Source of the DNA: an uncultured Oscillospiraceae bacterium
Lineage (GTDB): Bacteria > Bacillota > Clostridia > Saccharofermentanales > UBA5734
Reading direction: 5' to 3'
Length of the DNA: 64,000 bases
Assembly: GCA_963827665.1 (NCBI GenBank)
Contig: CAWHBQ010000007.1
Location: 6,401-70,400, forward strand
A program made the position numbers and the translations under genes. Below, one piece after another: positions 9,286-19,215 of this stretch. The notes under the pieces are model-generated. The model worked only from the letters and a program-made list of their open reading frames with translations. It searched no databases and was not told the origin of the DNA. Numbering within the stretch: the first letter of the stretch is position 1; every line of letters begins with the position of its first letter.

Positions 9286-10164
9286 ATGGAAATCATTTAT
9301 CTTGTCACTTCTGCTGATCATGGTCTTAGAGCAGTCGATGTGCTGATTGCCAAAACCGGCATGTCCCGCTTACAGACGAAACGAATCCGCCTGTACGGTG
9401 AATTGCTCAACAATGGAAAACCCTGGCGGATGATCGATCCGGTTCAGGCTGGTGATTGCCTGGTTGCACGGACGGCCGATGAGCAGCATCCGAAAGAACC
9501 ACTGCGCCAGCCACCGAACATCGGTTTTCTCTATCAGGATGAATGGCTTGTCGTCCTCAATAAACCCGCCGGCCTTGTGGTCCATCCCACTTATCTGCAC
9601 GAGCGCGGCACACTGACTGATTTACTCTCAGACCAGCCCTTGCACCCTGTAACGCGATTGGATCGCGACACCTCCGGGCTGGTCTTGATCGGCCTTAATG
9701 GGCATGCCCACTATGTCATCACTCAACATCCGATGCAGAAGATCTATTGGGGGCTGGTCCATGGCCGCATGGCCGAACGGGAGGGTATGATCGATGCCCC
9801 GATCGGGCGGGCACCCGGGAGTATCATGCTCCGCCAGGTCACACCCGACGGGGCCCCAGCCAGGACACTGTTCCGGGAACTCCACTATTTCCCGCAGTCT
9901 GACATATCGGTCATGAGGTTTGAATTGTTAACCGGACGGACCCATCAAATCCGGGTCCACTGCCAGTCAACCGGTCATCCGCTGGTCGGCGACAGCCTTT
10001 ACGGCCGGATCGGCGAAAATGCGACTGAACTCGATCTCCAACTGGGGCGGCAGGCTTTGCACGCCCAGAGTCTTCAGTTTTACCATCCACATAGATGTGT
10101 GACAATCACCGTCAAAGCACCGCTGCCGCAGGACCTGCGCCAGATACTGCACCATTTAGCTTGA
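9286..10164 (+). CDS. RluA-family pseudouridine synthase
   Basis: TRLDRDTSGLVLIGLNG catalytic motif and LTGRTHQIRVHC. ATG 9286 has AAGGA 5 nt upstream. The ORF-track start at 9250 is a TTG. Confidence 0.85.
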   Translation: MEIIYLVTSADHGLRAVDVLIAKTGMSRLQTKRIRLYGELLNNGKPWRMIDPVQAGDCLVARTADEQHPKEPLRQPPNIGFLYQDEWLVVLNKPAGLVVHPTYLHERGTLTDLLSDQPLHPVTRLDRDTSGLVLIGLNGHAHYVITQHPMQKIYWGLVHGRMAEREGMIDAPIGRAPGSIMLRQVTPDGAPARTLFRELHYFPQSDISVMRFELLTGRTHQIRVHCQSTGHPLVGDSLYGRIGENATELDLQLGRQALHAQSLQFYHPHRCVTITVKAPLPQDLRQILHHLA

Positions 10165-11866
10165 AGTTTGCGGCGGCTTCCAGAAGATGTTCGGCCAGCT
10201 GTCTTGCCTTTTCATCACCGCTGCCGCCGGATAGAAGTCGCATCAGCTCGTGAATCCGGTCCTCGCGTGTCAATTCATTCAATTCAGTCTGGGTCCGTTC
10301 ACCGACAATTTTCTTTTCGATCAGGATATGCTGGTCAGCCATCGCCGCGATCTGGGCCATGTGGGTGATGCAGAACACCTGATGGTGGCGTGAGATCTGG
10401 TATAGCTTTTCAGCGACCCTGCTCGCAGTCACACCACTGACGCCAGTATCAATTTCATCGAAGATCAGGACAGGCGTCTCGTCCGCCCGAGCCAGGATCG
10501 TCTTGATTGCCAAGAGCACGCGCGACGCTTCACCGCCGGAAGCGATCCGGGCCAACGGTTTTAGCGGTTCACCGGGATTGGCTGAAATCATGAACGCGAT
10601 CTTGTCGAGCCCATGCTGCGGGATGGGTCCGGTCGTCCAGGCAATCGGTTCGATCTGGACAGCAAAACGCACCCCTTTCATACCGAGATCTTCGAGCTGC
10701 ATCGCAATCTGACGCTCCAGCAATACCGCAAACCGGCGACGGATTTCACGGATCTTATCGGCTTGATCGATCAGCTTTGCGCTTTCCTTTTCTTTTTGCC
10801 GGGTCAGGCGCGCAAACCGAGCTTCCCCATCGGATAATTCATCGCGACGTTGCTGTGCCAGGGCAAGGAAATCAAGAACCGCCGGAAGATCGCCGCCATA
10901 TTTCTTTTTCAACCGGTAAAACAGGTCGAGGCGTTCATCCAGCCGCTGCAATTCACCAGGATCGTCCAATTCATCTTCTATCAGGCCATGCAGCACATCA
11001 GAGGCTTCCTGCAAGACGTCACAGGCCTGGCTGATCAAATCACGGGCTGATGCGACTGCGGTACTTGAACGTGCTGCTGATTCAAGCAGATACAGCAGCC
11101 GGGACAAGCGTGCATCAAGCGACTCGTCCTCCTGGCCATTCAAATCAGTCAGAACTTGGGCGACAGCCTGCATAATTTTTTCACGATTGGCCAGCAACCG
11201 GTGGCGCTCGGCCAGATGCGGCTCTTCCTCCACTTTGATCTCGGCAGCTTCGATTTCGGCAATCTGATAATTCAGCAGATCAAGCTGCCGATCACGTTCC
11301 GCCGGATCCGTACCGAGTTCATTCAATTTGCCCTGGATAGCCTGGATCATCTGGAGGGTCGCAGTGTATTGATGCATCGGCTCGGTTAACTCAGAACCAG
11401 CAAATCGATCGAGCAGACGGCGATGATTTTGCGGTTCAAAAATACCCTGCTGGTCATTCTGACCATGGATATCGATCAAATGACCGAATAGCTGACGCAG
11501 GACTGAAAGCGGCACCAGCCGGCCATTCACCCGGCAACTTGATTTTCCTGCCGCATTCACTTCGCGGGAAACGATCAATTCAGTCAGATCAGCGGCATCT
11601 GCTTCGGCTTCAAAACCAATCAGCTCCATCAGCTCAGCCGGCAGACGCATGCCTATCGATTCGAAAACTGCATCCACACGAAAACGCGGTGCATCACGGC
11701 GCACAAAGTCTTTGCCGATCCGCTCACCTGATAAAGAGCTTATCGCATCGATCAGGATCGATTTGCCGGCCCCCGTCTCACCGCTGATGACGAAAAGACC
11801 CGGTTCGGGCTGCAAGACTGCTTGTTCGATGAGTGCAAAATCATGAATTTCGACACGATTAAGCAT
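10112..11866 (-). CDS. recN: DNA repair protein RecN
   Basis: MLNRVEIHDFALIE..., Walker A GETGAGKSILIDA, long coiled coil, C-terminal ASGGEASRVLLA...LIFDEIDTG. Confidence 0.9.
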   Translation of the reverse strand: MLNRVEIHDFALIEQAVLQPEPGLFVISGETGAGKSILIDAISSLSGERIGKDFVRRDAPRFRVDAVFESIGMRLPAELMELIGFEAEADAADLTELIVSREVNAAGKSSCRVNGRLVPLSVLRQLFGHLIDIHGQNDQQGIFEPQNHRRLLDRFAGSELTEPMHQYTATLQMIQAIQGKLNELGTDPAERDRQLDLLNYQIAEIEAAEIKVEEEPHLAERHRLLANREKIMQAVAQVLTDLNGQEDESLDARLSRLLYLLESAARSSTAVASARDLISQACDVLQEASDVLHGLIEDELDDPGELQRLDERLDLFYRLKKKYGGDLPAVLDFLALAQQRRDELSDGEARFARLTRQKEKESAKLIDQADKIREIRRRFAVLLERQIAMQLEDLGMKGVRFAVQIEPIAWTTGPIPQHGLDKIAFMISANPGEPLKPLARIASGGEASRVLLAIKTILARADETPVLIFDEIDTGVSGVTASRVAEKLYQISRHHQVFCITHMAQIAAMADQHILIEKKIVGERTQTELNELTREDRIHELMRLLSGGSGDEKARQLAEHLLEAAANFKLNGAVSGAGPAAAVL

Positions 11867-11879
11867 GCTGTTTACCTGT

Positions 11880-12368
11880 TCAGTCCAAGGCCGGGTAACT
11901 GCTGAAACCTGGCGCAATCATCCGGGTCAGGACTTCTGCCATCAGTTCGGCCTGTTCACTGGAACGAGTGGCGATAAAAACGGTGTCATCGCCAGCAATC
12001 GTACCGACAATATCCGACAAACGCATGGAATCCAATGCCGAAGCACAGGCCTGTGCCATTCCCGGCATGGTCCTGATCACGATCAGATTCATCGCCGGTT
12101 CTACAGACATGACCGATTCAGCATAGATTTTCATCAGGCGTCCGGAAATGGCTTCGCCGGTTCTTTCCATGGAAACATACCTTTGAGTTCCTGACCCGGT
12201 CATCACCTTGACAATACCCAGCTCCTTGATATCGCGGGAAATGGTTGCCTGGGTGACATCAAGTCCTGCTGATTTCATGCCAAGGACCAGGTCATCCTGT
12301 GTTGAAACATCGCGTTCACGAATCAGTTGGAGAATTCGCGCCTGTCGTTCGATCTTGTCTGTTCTCAT
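11880..12368 (-). CDS. argR: Arginine repressor
   Basis: 162 aa. QARILQLIRERDVSTQDDLV winged-helix N-terminus and GTIAGDDTVFI C-terminal oligomerisation motif. ATGA overlap with nadK. Confidence 0.85.
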   Translation of the reverse strand: MRTDKIERQARILQLIRERDVSTQDDLVLGMKSAGLDVTQATISRDIKELGIVKVMTGSGTQRYVSMERTGEAISGRLMKIYAESVMSVEPAMNLIVIRTMPGMAQACASALDSMRLSDIVGTIAGDDTVFIATRSSEQAELMAEVLTRMIAPGFSSYPALD

Positions 12369-13225
12369 CGCGCTTTACCTCTCAAATGGATCTTTTCGGG
12401 CAAGTCGGCAAAGAAATTATCGGCGCCAAGCCGGATGAGCTGCAGGTATCTGTCGGCCTTGTGGATGACCACCCGGCTGCCACTGTTGAGGTAAATATCA
12501 CGCCGGCCATCGATCGCCAGGAGGGCCTGATAGGGATAGTCAATGATTTCGATGACGACTTCACTGGTGCTGGCGGTCAAATAGCTGCGGTTGTGCAGTG
12601 TATGCGGGCAAATCGGGGTGATGATGATCAGCTCCAATTGCGGATGGACAATCGGACCGCCGGAAGACAGCGAATAAGCTGTTGAGCCAGTCGGTGTCGA
12701 CATGATCATGCCGTCGCCGGGTATCCTCTCCAGTACGACACCATCAATCGTCAAATCGAGGGTCAGGATTCTTGATTTTCCTCCGCGGGAAACAACAGCG
12801 TCATTCATCGACAAGCCGGATTCGATCAGCACCCCTGACTGGTCGTAGCAGTTGACTGACAGCATCATGCGCCGCTCGATATAGTAATCGCCGGCAATCA
12901 GGCGCTTGACATCTGCTTCGATATTTTCCGGCTTGATTTCCAGTAAAAAACCGACACTGCCCAGGTTGACCCCGATGATCGGGATATCCTGGCAACCCGC
13001 CAGATGGACAGTGCTGAGGAATGTTCCGTCTCCGCCGATGCAGACCAGGATGTCACTGGTTGAATAATCAGCGATTTCAACACCGGGAATATCCGAAAAT
13101 ATTACACCCAGTGTGTTTTCTTCAACAACAGGAATAGCCCCGTTCTGACTGATGATCGTGGCTAGTTTCCTCGATAATTCGCAGCCGATATCTCGGCTCG
13201 GGTTAGTATAGATGCCGATACGCAT
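12365..13225 (-). CDS. nadK: NAD kinase
   Basis: GGDGTFL, VNLGSVGFL and TPTGSTAYSLSSGGPI motifs. Start taken at MRIGIYTN. Confidence 0.9.
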   Translation of the reverse strand: MRIGIYTNPSRDIGCELSRKLATIISQNGAIPVVEENTLGVIFSDIPGVEIADYSTSDILVCIGGDGTFLSTVHLAGCQDIPIIGVNLGSVGFLLEIKPENIEADVKRLIAGDYYIERRMMLSVNCYDQSGVLIESGLSMNDAVVSRGGKSRILTLDLTIDGVVLERIPGDGMIMSTPTGSTAYSLSSGGPIVHPQLELIIITPICPHTLHNRSYLTASTSEVVIEIIDYPYQALLAIDGRRDIYLNSGSRVVIHKADRYLQLIRLGADNFFADLPEKIHLRGKAR

Positions 13226-13340
13226 GAGGCCTCCACACAAAGTTCTGAACGTCAAATCAATGGACTTGACTTCATTTTACTTTGACTTGTTGAATATTAT
13301 AGCTGTTACTCGCCGACAAAAACACAGAAAAATCGACAGG

Positions 13341-13369
13341 ATTGAATAAATATTCAATGCATATTCATA
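13341..13369. promoter_or_regulatory. ARG-box-like operator upstream of nadK-argR-recN
   Basis: ATTGAATAAATATTCAAT: 7-bp perfect inverted arms matching TGAAT-N4-ATTCA. It overlaps a second, weaker box, TCAATGCATATTCA. Confidence 0.45.
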
Positions 13370-13381
13370 TTTGTGTGCGGT

Positions 13382-15253
13382 TCAGGATCGAAGCATCAGG
13401 CTGATCTTTTCTGCCAGACCTGCAGCATCAAGAGCCTGATCGTGAAGCAATTGGGCACGAGTCCCCTGGTTGAGCGGACGATCCATGATTGCCACGAGCT
13501 GGAACTGGCAATCTGGAATTGCCTTAAGGACCTGTGGCAGGACGGTCCGGCCAAGGCTTCCAGCTTCGACCGTCTCTTCTGCAAAAAGCAGCTTCCTGGT
13601 CATCCGGACAGAGCGGATCAAGCCGTCATAATCAAATGGTTTGGCTTGCTGGATAACCAGTACCTCGCATTCAATCAGGTCGGCAGCCAGAATTCTGGCG
13701 GCTTCCAACGCGGTATTCAACAAAGTGCCAAGCACCGCGAGCGTACACTGCGTACCCGGGCGGACAGTCTGGATCGCAAGCGACTGTGGCTGGAAGAGCG
13801 GAGTCTTTGCTTTCTGGGCAGCGCCTCGCGGATAGCGGATGGCCGTCGGGTGATTGTTATGCAGCGCAACTTCGACAGCGTGGCGCAATGCTTCGCCATC
13901 GGCCGGGCACAGAATTTCTATATTCGGCAAAGTCAACAGCAAGTTCAGGTCATAGATACCTTGATGGGTTTCGCCATCTTCGCCGACAATCCCGGCCCGG
14001 TCGATGCCCAGTGTAACCGGCAGGTTCTGCAGGCAGATATCATGCAGCAACTGGTCATATGCGCGCTGGAGGAATGTTGAATAGAGTGCAAACACCGGCC
14101 TGACACCACCCGCGGCCAGTCCTGCCGCCAGTGTCATGGCATGTTGTTCAGCGATGCCGACATCGAAAAAGCGGGCAGGATACAACTCGGCGAAGTTCTT
14201 CAAACCCGTACCACTGGTCATCGCTGCCGAGATCGCACAGATTTTCGGATCCTGGCCGGCTGCGGTAACCAGCGCCTGGCCGAAAATGTCGGAATAGTTG
14301 GAGCAGTCGGCGTCGCCAACTGCGCAGACGCCGTGTTCAATTTCAAACGGTGCGACACCGTGGTAAATATCCGGAGCACTTTCCGCGAATGTATAGCCCC
14401 GCCCCTTCTGGGTCACGACATGGAGCAGGACCGGGCCATTGATCTCCTTGGTACTTTCGAGATGCCGGCGCAGGGCATTCAAATCGTGTCCATCGACTGG
14501 TCCGTAATAGTGGAAACCAAGTTGTTCGAACAGGACACCGGACCGTCTCATCATGGCCCGGTCGAGCTGCTTGATCCGCTGGAGGAATCTCAGCAGATGC
14601 GTTCCGATCAGGGGGATATTGGTTATGATGTCTTCCAGAACTGTTTTCAAACGGATATAGCGTCGCGAGATGCGCAGGTTTTCAAGGTGTCTTGCCAGAC
14701 CGCCAACGTTTTTCCCGATCGACATCTGGTTGTCATTCAAGATGACCAAAATGCGAGCACTCGAATTTCCAGCGTCATTCATCGCTTCGAAGGCCATGCC
14801 GCCGGTCATGGCGCCATCGCCGATCAAAGCCATCACCCGGCCGCCCTGCCCCAGGTTTTCCATCGCCCTGACCATGCCGAGCGCAGCTGAGATCGAGGTA
14901 CTGCTATGCCCGGTGTCGAAAAAATCGTATTCGCTTTCCGACCGCTTGGGAAAACCGGCAAGGCCATTTTTCTTGCGCAAGGTCGCAAACTGATCCAGTC
15001 TTCCGGTCAGGATTTTCCAGGCATAACTCTGATGTCCAACGTCAAAAACAATCCGGTCGCGGCGAAAATCAAAAGTCGCCAGCAATGAGATTGTCAATTC
15101 GACGACTCCGAGATTGGATGACAAATGGCCGCCATTGATGGCGACCTGATTAATAATCACTTCCCGCACTTCCTGAGCTAACCTGGCCTGGTCAGCAAGG
15201 CTCAGCTGCTGGATCTGTTCCGGGTTCTGCAGCGAATCAAGAATCCTATCCAT
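13382..15253 (-). CDS. dxs: 1-deoxy-D-xylulose-5-phosphate synthase
   Basis: About 623 aa. GHLSSNLGVVELT, GDGAMTGGMAFEA (TPP motif) and the transketolase C-terminal region. ATG at 15253 lies 2 nt after the ispA stop. Confidence 0.92.
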   Translation of the reverse strand: MDRILDSLQNPEQIQQLSLADQARLAQEVREVIINQVAINGGHLSSNLGVVELTISLLATFDFRRDRIVFDVGHQSYAWKILTGRLDQFATLRKKNGLAGFPKRSESEYDFFDTGHSSTSISAALGMVRAMENLGQGGRVMALIGDGAMTGGMAFEAMNDAGNSSARILVILNDNQMSIGKNVGGLARHLENLRISRRYIRLKTVLEDIITNIPLIGTHLLRFLQRIKQLDRAMMRRSGVLFEQLGFHYYGPVDGHDLNALRRHLESTKEINGPVLLHVVTQKGRGYTFAESAPDIYHGVAPFEIEHGVCAVGDADCSNYSDIFGQALVTAAGQDPKICAISAAMTSGTGLKNFAELYPARFFDVGIAEQHAMTLAAGLAAGGVRPVFALYSTFLQRAYDQLLHDICLQNLPVTLGIDRAGIVGEDGETHQGIYDLNLLLTLPNIEILCPADGEALRHAVEVALHNNHPTAIRYPRGAAQKAKTPLFQPQSLAIQTVRPGTQCTLAVLGTLLNTALEAARILAADLIECEVLVIQQAKPFDYDGLIRSVRMTRKLLFAEETVEAGSLGRTVLPQVLKAIPDCQFQLVAIMDRPLNQGTRAQLLHDQALDAAGLAEKISLMLRS

Positions 15254-15255
15254 TT

Positions 15256-16146
15256 TCAATAGTCCCGTGTCAGTAAAAATTCGGTCAGGCTGTAGAGGAA
15301 ACTGACATCAATGTTTCGCCTGGCGAGCTGGTCCAGGGCCCTTCTCGCCTGGCCGGTCACCTCCAGCAGCATCGTCCTGGCATTGGTCAAGCCAAACAAT
15401 GTCACATAGGTTGATTTTGAATCCCGGGAATCCTTGCCGGTCGATTTGCCAAGTTTTTCACTCGATGCAGTGACATCGAGGATATCGTCCTGGATCTGGA
15501 AAGCCAAACCGAGATTTTCAGCGAAGCGGCCATAATCCTGTGTGGTCTGGCTATCGGCGCCAGCCAGTGAGCAAGCGGCCAGGACAGGAGCAATGATCAG
15601 CTGGCCGGTTTTCAAACTGTGCAGCTTGCGTAATGCATCGGGTGCGATCATTTGTCCCTCCGCCGCCAGGTCAAGGGCCTGGCCGCCGATCATGCCCCGG
15701 GAGCCTGACGATCGGGCGATGATCTGACCCGCTTTTACGCCTTCTAGACATCCTGACATCTTGTTGTCTAGAACGATTTCAAAGGCTCGGTTCAGTAATG
15801 TATCACCGGCCAGGACAGCGATCGCTTCGCCGAATTGCTTGTGGCAGGTCGGCCGACCGCGGCGAAAATCATCGTTGTCCATGCAGGGCAGGTCGTCGTG
15901 GATCAAGGAATAGGTATGGATCATTTCAATCGCCAGCGCATAGGGCAATCCGAGATCCAGTGGTAAATTCAGGCTGTCTGCTGTCGCCAGCAGCAACACC
16001 GGCCTAATTCGTTTGCCACCGCCGAGCAGGCTGTATCGGGCGGCTGCAACGACAGATCCGCCATCTTCAATGGCTTGTTCGGGAAGAGCCATATCCAGGC
16101 CTGTTTCAATTGTCGTGACATAACCTTGGTACTGTTCTTCAAACAT
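15256..16146 (-). CDS. ispA: Farnesyl/geranylgeranyl diphosphate synthase
   Basis: DDLPCMDNDDFRRGRPT (FARM) and FQIQDDILD (SARM) motifs. Confidence 0.85.
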   Translation of the reverse strand: MFEEQYQGYVTTIETGLDMALPEQAIEDGGSVVAAARYSLLGGGKRIRPVLLLATADSLNLPLDLGLPYALAIEMIHTYSLIHDDLPCMDNDDFRRGRPTCHKQFGEAIAVLAGDTLLNRAFEIVLDNKMSGCLEGVKAGQIIARSSGSRGMIGGQALDLAAEGQMIAPDALRKLHSLKTGQLIIAPVLAACSLAGADSQTTQDYGRFAENLGLAFQIQDDILDVTASSEKLGKSTGKDSRDSKSTYVTLFGLTNARTMLLEVTGQARRALDQLARRNIDVSFLYSLTEFLLTRDY

Positions 16147-16405
16147 CAGGTTCACCAAAGGGGGTTTCGGTTACTGTGCCATCCGCAGCGATAATCAGCT
16201 GGCTGATCTGGCGTTCAATCGACGCAAGCTGGGTTGAGCAGTATTTAGCCAGTTCCATACCCTGCTGATAAAGCGCGACCGAATCATCAAGACTGACATC
16301 ACCGCTTTCCAGCCGATTCACAATCGATTCGAGCTGGCTGTAAGCCTGTTCATAGGTCATCTCCGTGGCGGGATTGGGTGAGGTTGCCGGTTTATTGTCA
16401 TTCAT
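16139..16405 (-). CDS. xseB: Exodeoxyribonuclease VII small subunit
   Basis: 88 aa. YEQAYSQLESIVNRLESGDVSLDDSVALYQQG is typical XseB. ATGA overlap with xseA. Confidence 0.85.
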   Translation of the reverse strand: MNDNKPATSPNPATEMTYEQAYSQLESIVNRLESGDVSLDDSVALYQQGMELAKYCSTQLASIERQISQLIIAADGTVTETPFGEPDV

Positions 16406-17616
16406 GGTTTGAGACTCCTCTCGCGGATCTGATTGACAGTGCAGTCCAGGATGCCATCGCTGAGCCAGACATCAACCGGATCACCAGGCTGGACAAACGC
16501 GGTTGAAACCAGACTCCTGCCGCTCCGGTCACGCGCCACGGCATACCCCCGGGCAAGGACTTTCAAGGGGCTCAGCATGTCAAGTTTTCCAGCCATTACA
16601 GCAAAATTTCGCTCGGCACGCTGCAAGTAACCTGCGGCCGCGGCCTGCAGATTGGCTGTCAACTGGTTCAAGTTCCGCCGTTCTGTTTCAAGCCGCTTCA
16701 AGGGCTGCGCCAGGACGGGCCTGCTGAGCAAACTATCCAGTCTTTGGCCTTCGAGCTGACTCTTGCGCAGCAATGCCTGGCGGATCCTCTGGTTCATTCG
16801 TTCGATCTTGTCTTCTTCTTCTGATTTGACTGGCATGGCCAGCTCAGCGGCCGCCGACGGGGTTGCGGCCCTGAGGTCAGCGACAAAATCGCAAATCGTG
16901 AAATCTGTCTCATGGCCAACAGCAGAAATAACCGGGATTTGCGATCGATACACACTGCGGGCGACAATTTCTTCATTGAAAGCCCAAAGATCTTCAAGTG
17001 ATCCGCCGCCGCGGCCAACGATCAGGACGTCCACTGACTTCAACACGTTGAAACGATCGATGGCCGCTGCGATACTCGCAGCGGCTCCTTCACCCTGGAC
17101 CTGGACCGGAATCAGCTGCAAGTGGAAATTGGGGAATCGCCGGCCAAGGACATGGATGATGTCACGAATGACAGCTCCGGACGGTGATGTCACTACCCCG
17201 ATCGCCTTAGGCAGTCTCGGCAGTTTCCGCTTATGCTGCGGATCAAAAAGACCTTCGGCTTGAAGCCGCTGCTTCATCTGCTCAAAGGCCAGATAGAGGT
17301 CGCCGATGCCGTCCGCCTGCATCGCTGAAACATAGAGCTGGAATTTCCCGTCGCGATCATACAAGGTTGCCCGCGCGGTCACAACGACAGCATTACCGTC
17401 CGTCGGACGGAAACGCAAACGGGCGGCCTGGGCTTTGAACATGACACAGCTGACTGCAGCCCCGGCATCTTTCAACGTAAAGTAGATATGCCCGGAAGCA
17501 TATGATTTCAGGCCGGAAATCTCGCCCTTGACCTGGACATTGTTCAGGTTGTCATTTTTATCGAGATAGGCGGCAACATATCGGTTGAGTTCGGTGACAC
17601 TAATCGGCGAGCTCAT
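16402..17616 (-). CDS. xseA: Exodeoxyribonuclease VII large subunit
   Basis: About 404 aa. SVTELNRYV...VKGEISGLK OB-fold N-terminus and VGRGGGSLEDLWAFNEE catalytic region. Confidence 0.9.
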   Translation of the reverse strand: MSSPISVTELNRYVAAYLDKNDNLNNVQVKGEISGLKSYASGHIYFTLKDAGAAVSCVMFKAQAARLRFRPTDGNAVVVTARATLYDRDGKFQLYVSAMQADGIGDLYLAFEQMKQRLQAEGLFDPQHKRKLPRLPKAIGVVTSPSGAVIRDIIHVLGRRFPNFHLQLIPVQVQGEGAAASIAAAIDRFNVLKSVDVLIVGRGGGSLEDLWAFNEEIVARSVYRSQIPVISAVGHETDFTICDFVADLRAATPSAAAELAMPVKSEEEDKIERMNQRIRQALLRKSQLEGQRLDSLLSRPVLAQPLKRLETERRNLNQLTANLQAAAAGYLQRAERNFAVMAGKLDMLSPLKVLARGYAVARDRSGRSLVSTAFVQPGDPVDVWLSDGILDCTVNQIRERSLKP

Positions 17617-18025
17617 CGCCAACGTCCGTCACCGACTTGCTGAGTTTACCGAGAACCGCGTTAATGTATCCTTTGGATTCTTCGCTGCTGTATTTCTTCG
17701 CCAGTAAAACCGCCTCGGAAATGGCAACATTGGCTGGAATATCCGGCCGGAAAAATATCTCAAAGACAGCGATCCGCAAGATGGTCAGATCAACCTTCGG
17801 CAGGCGATCAATCGTCCAGCGTTTGAGGAGCGGAGCAAATTTTTCGTCAAGTTCGAGCTTATGTTCTGTGACACCATCAACCAGGACGAGCAGGTAATCC
17901 TTCTCGTTTTCGGCGACTTCTCTTTCTGTCAGGAACTCAGCGAGCTGGCTATCTTCATCGCCCTTCTGAATTTCGAGCTGGTAAAGCAGCATAAAAGCTT
18001 TTTCGCGGGAATCGCGACGACTCAT
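17600..18025 (-). CDS. nusB: Transcription antitermination factor NusB
   Basis: 141 aa. SRRDSREKAFMLLYQLE... and AISEAVLLAKKYSSEESKGYINAVLG. Confidence 0.9.
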   Translation of the reverse strand: MSRRDSREKAFMLLYQLEIQKGDEDSQLAEFLTEREVAENEKDYLLVLVDGVTEHKLELDEKFAPLLKRWTIDRLPKVDLTILRIAVFEIFFRPDIPANVAISEAVLLAKKYSSEESKGYINAVLGKLSKSVTDVGDELAD

Positions 18026-18037
18026 GTCTAGATCCTT

Positions 18038-18275
18038 CTACCGGAACTTGCCCGGTGGCAATATTTTGTCGAGAAGATTGCGGAATTCTTCCGGACTTGC
18101 AAAAATAACGATGACCCAGGTAATAACCCGTGCCTGTCAGAGTCAGGATGAACAAGGTTTTCCAGAAACCGAATATGACCAGCAGCAAGGCCAGGATCAA
18201 GCCGATCAAGGCGCCAGTCTGGGCCGGATTCTTGCCTTTCAGGGCTGTACTCAGGTTTTGCCAGATATTCTTCAT
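18038..18275 (-). pseudogene. DUF2273 small membrane protein, one frameshift as assembled
   Basis: MKNIWQNLSTALKGKNPAQTGALIGLILALLLVIFGFWKTLFILTLTGTGYYLGHRYF, then the frame slips near 18080. The other frame gives the expected tail EEFRNLLDKILPPGKFR*. Confidence 0.55.
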
Positions 18276-18277
18276 CT

Positions 18278-18831
18278 TTATCGCTCGACGCGGGCGGCAA
18301 CCGGTTCAACCCGGGTGACCTTGATCAGAACTTGAGCCACGCTGATGCCGGTATATCGCTCGATATCCTTCTTGATCCGGTCCTGGACTTTGGCCATCAT
18401 CGCCGGCACTTCAACATCGGAATAAAGTACAGCTGATCAACTGGATGCTGATTTTTTCACCTTTGAACGGGGCAACCCGGGCCTTGGCTGTCTTGATGCC
18501 GCATTGGGCTGACTTGGCCGAATTCAGGGCGATGCTCTCGATCGCATCGACACCGATATCGATTTCCGCCGATGTCAGTGCTGCGGATCCGGGTCTTGCG
18601 CAGGCGCCCGCTCATGATCGCGTAGACCAGCGAGGTCATCGATACGATAATCACCAGCGCAGCCAGGAACAATCCTGCAACTCTGGAAGAAGCCTGCTCG
18701 GTCATTCGCGTCAGCACCAGGATCATGGCACCTAGCACATCTGCGCTGAGCACCATCAGCAAAAACACAAAAGCAAAAACAGTCAGGATAAAGGAAAACA
18801 GTATCAGCGCAGTGCGAACCAGGGGATTCAT
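18278..18831 (-). pseudogene. AmaP-like Asp23 membrane anchor, at least 2 frameshifts as assembled
   Basis: MNPLVRTALILFSFILTVFAFVFLLM... TM region. Continuation EIDIGVDAIESIALNSAKSAQCGIKTAKARV and the tail VLYSDVEVPAMMAKVQDRIKKDIERYTGISVAQVLIKVTRVEP lie in the two other frames. Confidence 0.55.
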
Positions 18832-19209
18832 TTGCGTAGCTTCCTCTCGCGTGATCACGCCTTTGACGTGAACATGGACAGCATCAACAATCAACCCGGT
18901 ATATTTTTCAACATCAGCTTTGACTCGCTCCTGGATCGACCAGGCGACCTCGGGTATGATATTGCCGAAATAGATGACCGGATAGACGGTGATCGTCACC
19001 AGTTCGTCATGATCAGGCTGGAATACAACCTTGACACCCTTACCTTCATGTTCGACACCGATCGACTCTTTCAGCGCAACAAAACCACTCGGTTCAAGCG
19101 CAGCAACGCCCGACGTCTGCATGGCCGCTTCAGCCGCATACTGAGCGACAAAGCCTTTGGACATCGTCCGTTCGCCATTGATCGCGCTTGCGCGCGATGA
19201 TTCTGTCAT
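18832..19209 (-). CDS. Asp23/Gls24-family alkaline shock protein (no stop of its own; runs in frame into amaP)
   Basis: VAQYAAEAAMQTSGVAAL...VVFQPDHDELVTITVYPVIYFGNIIPEVAWSIQERVKADVEKYTGLIVDAVHVHVKGV is a typical Asp23 domain. Confidence 0.75.
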
Positions 19210-19215
19210 CGTTGA

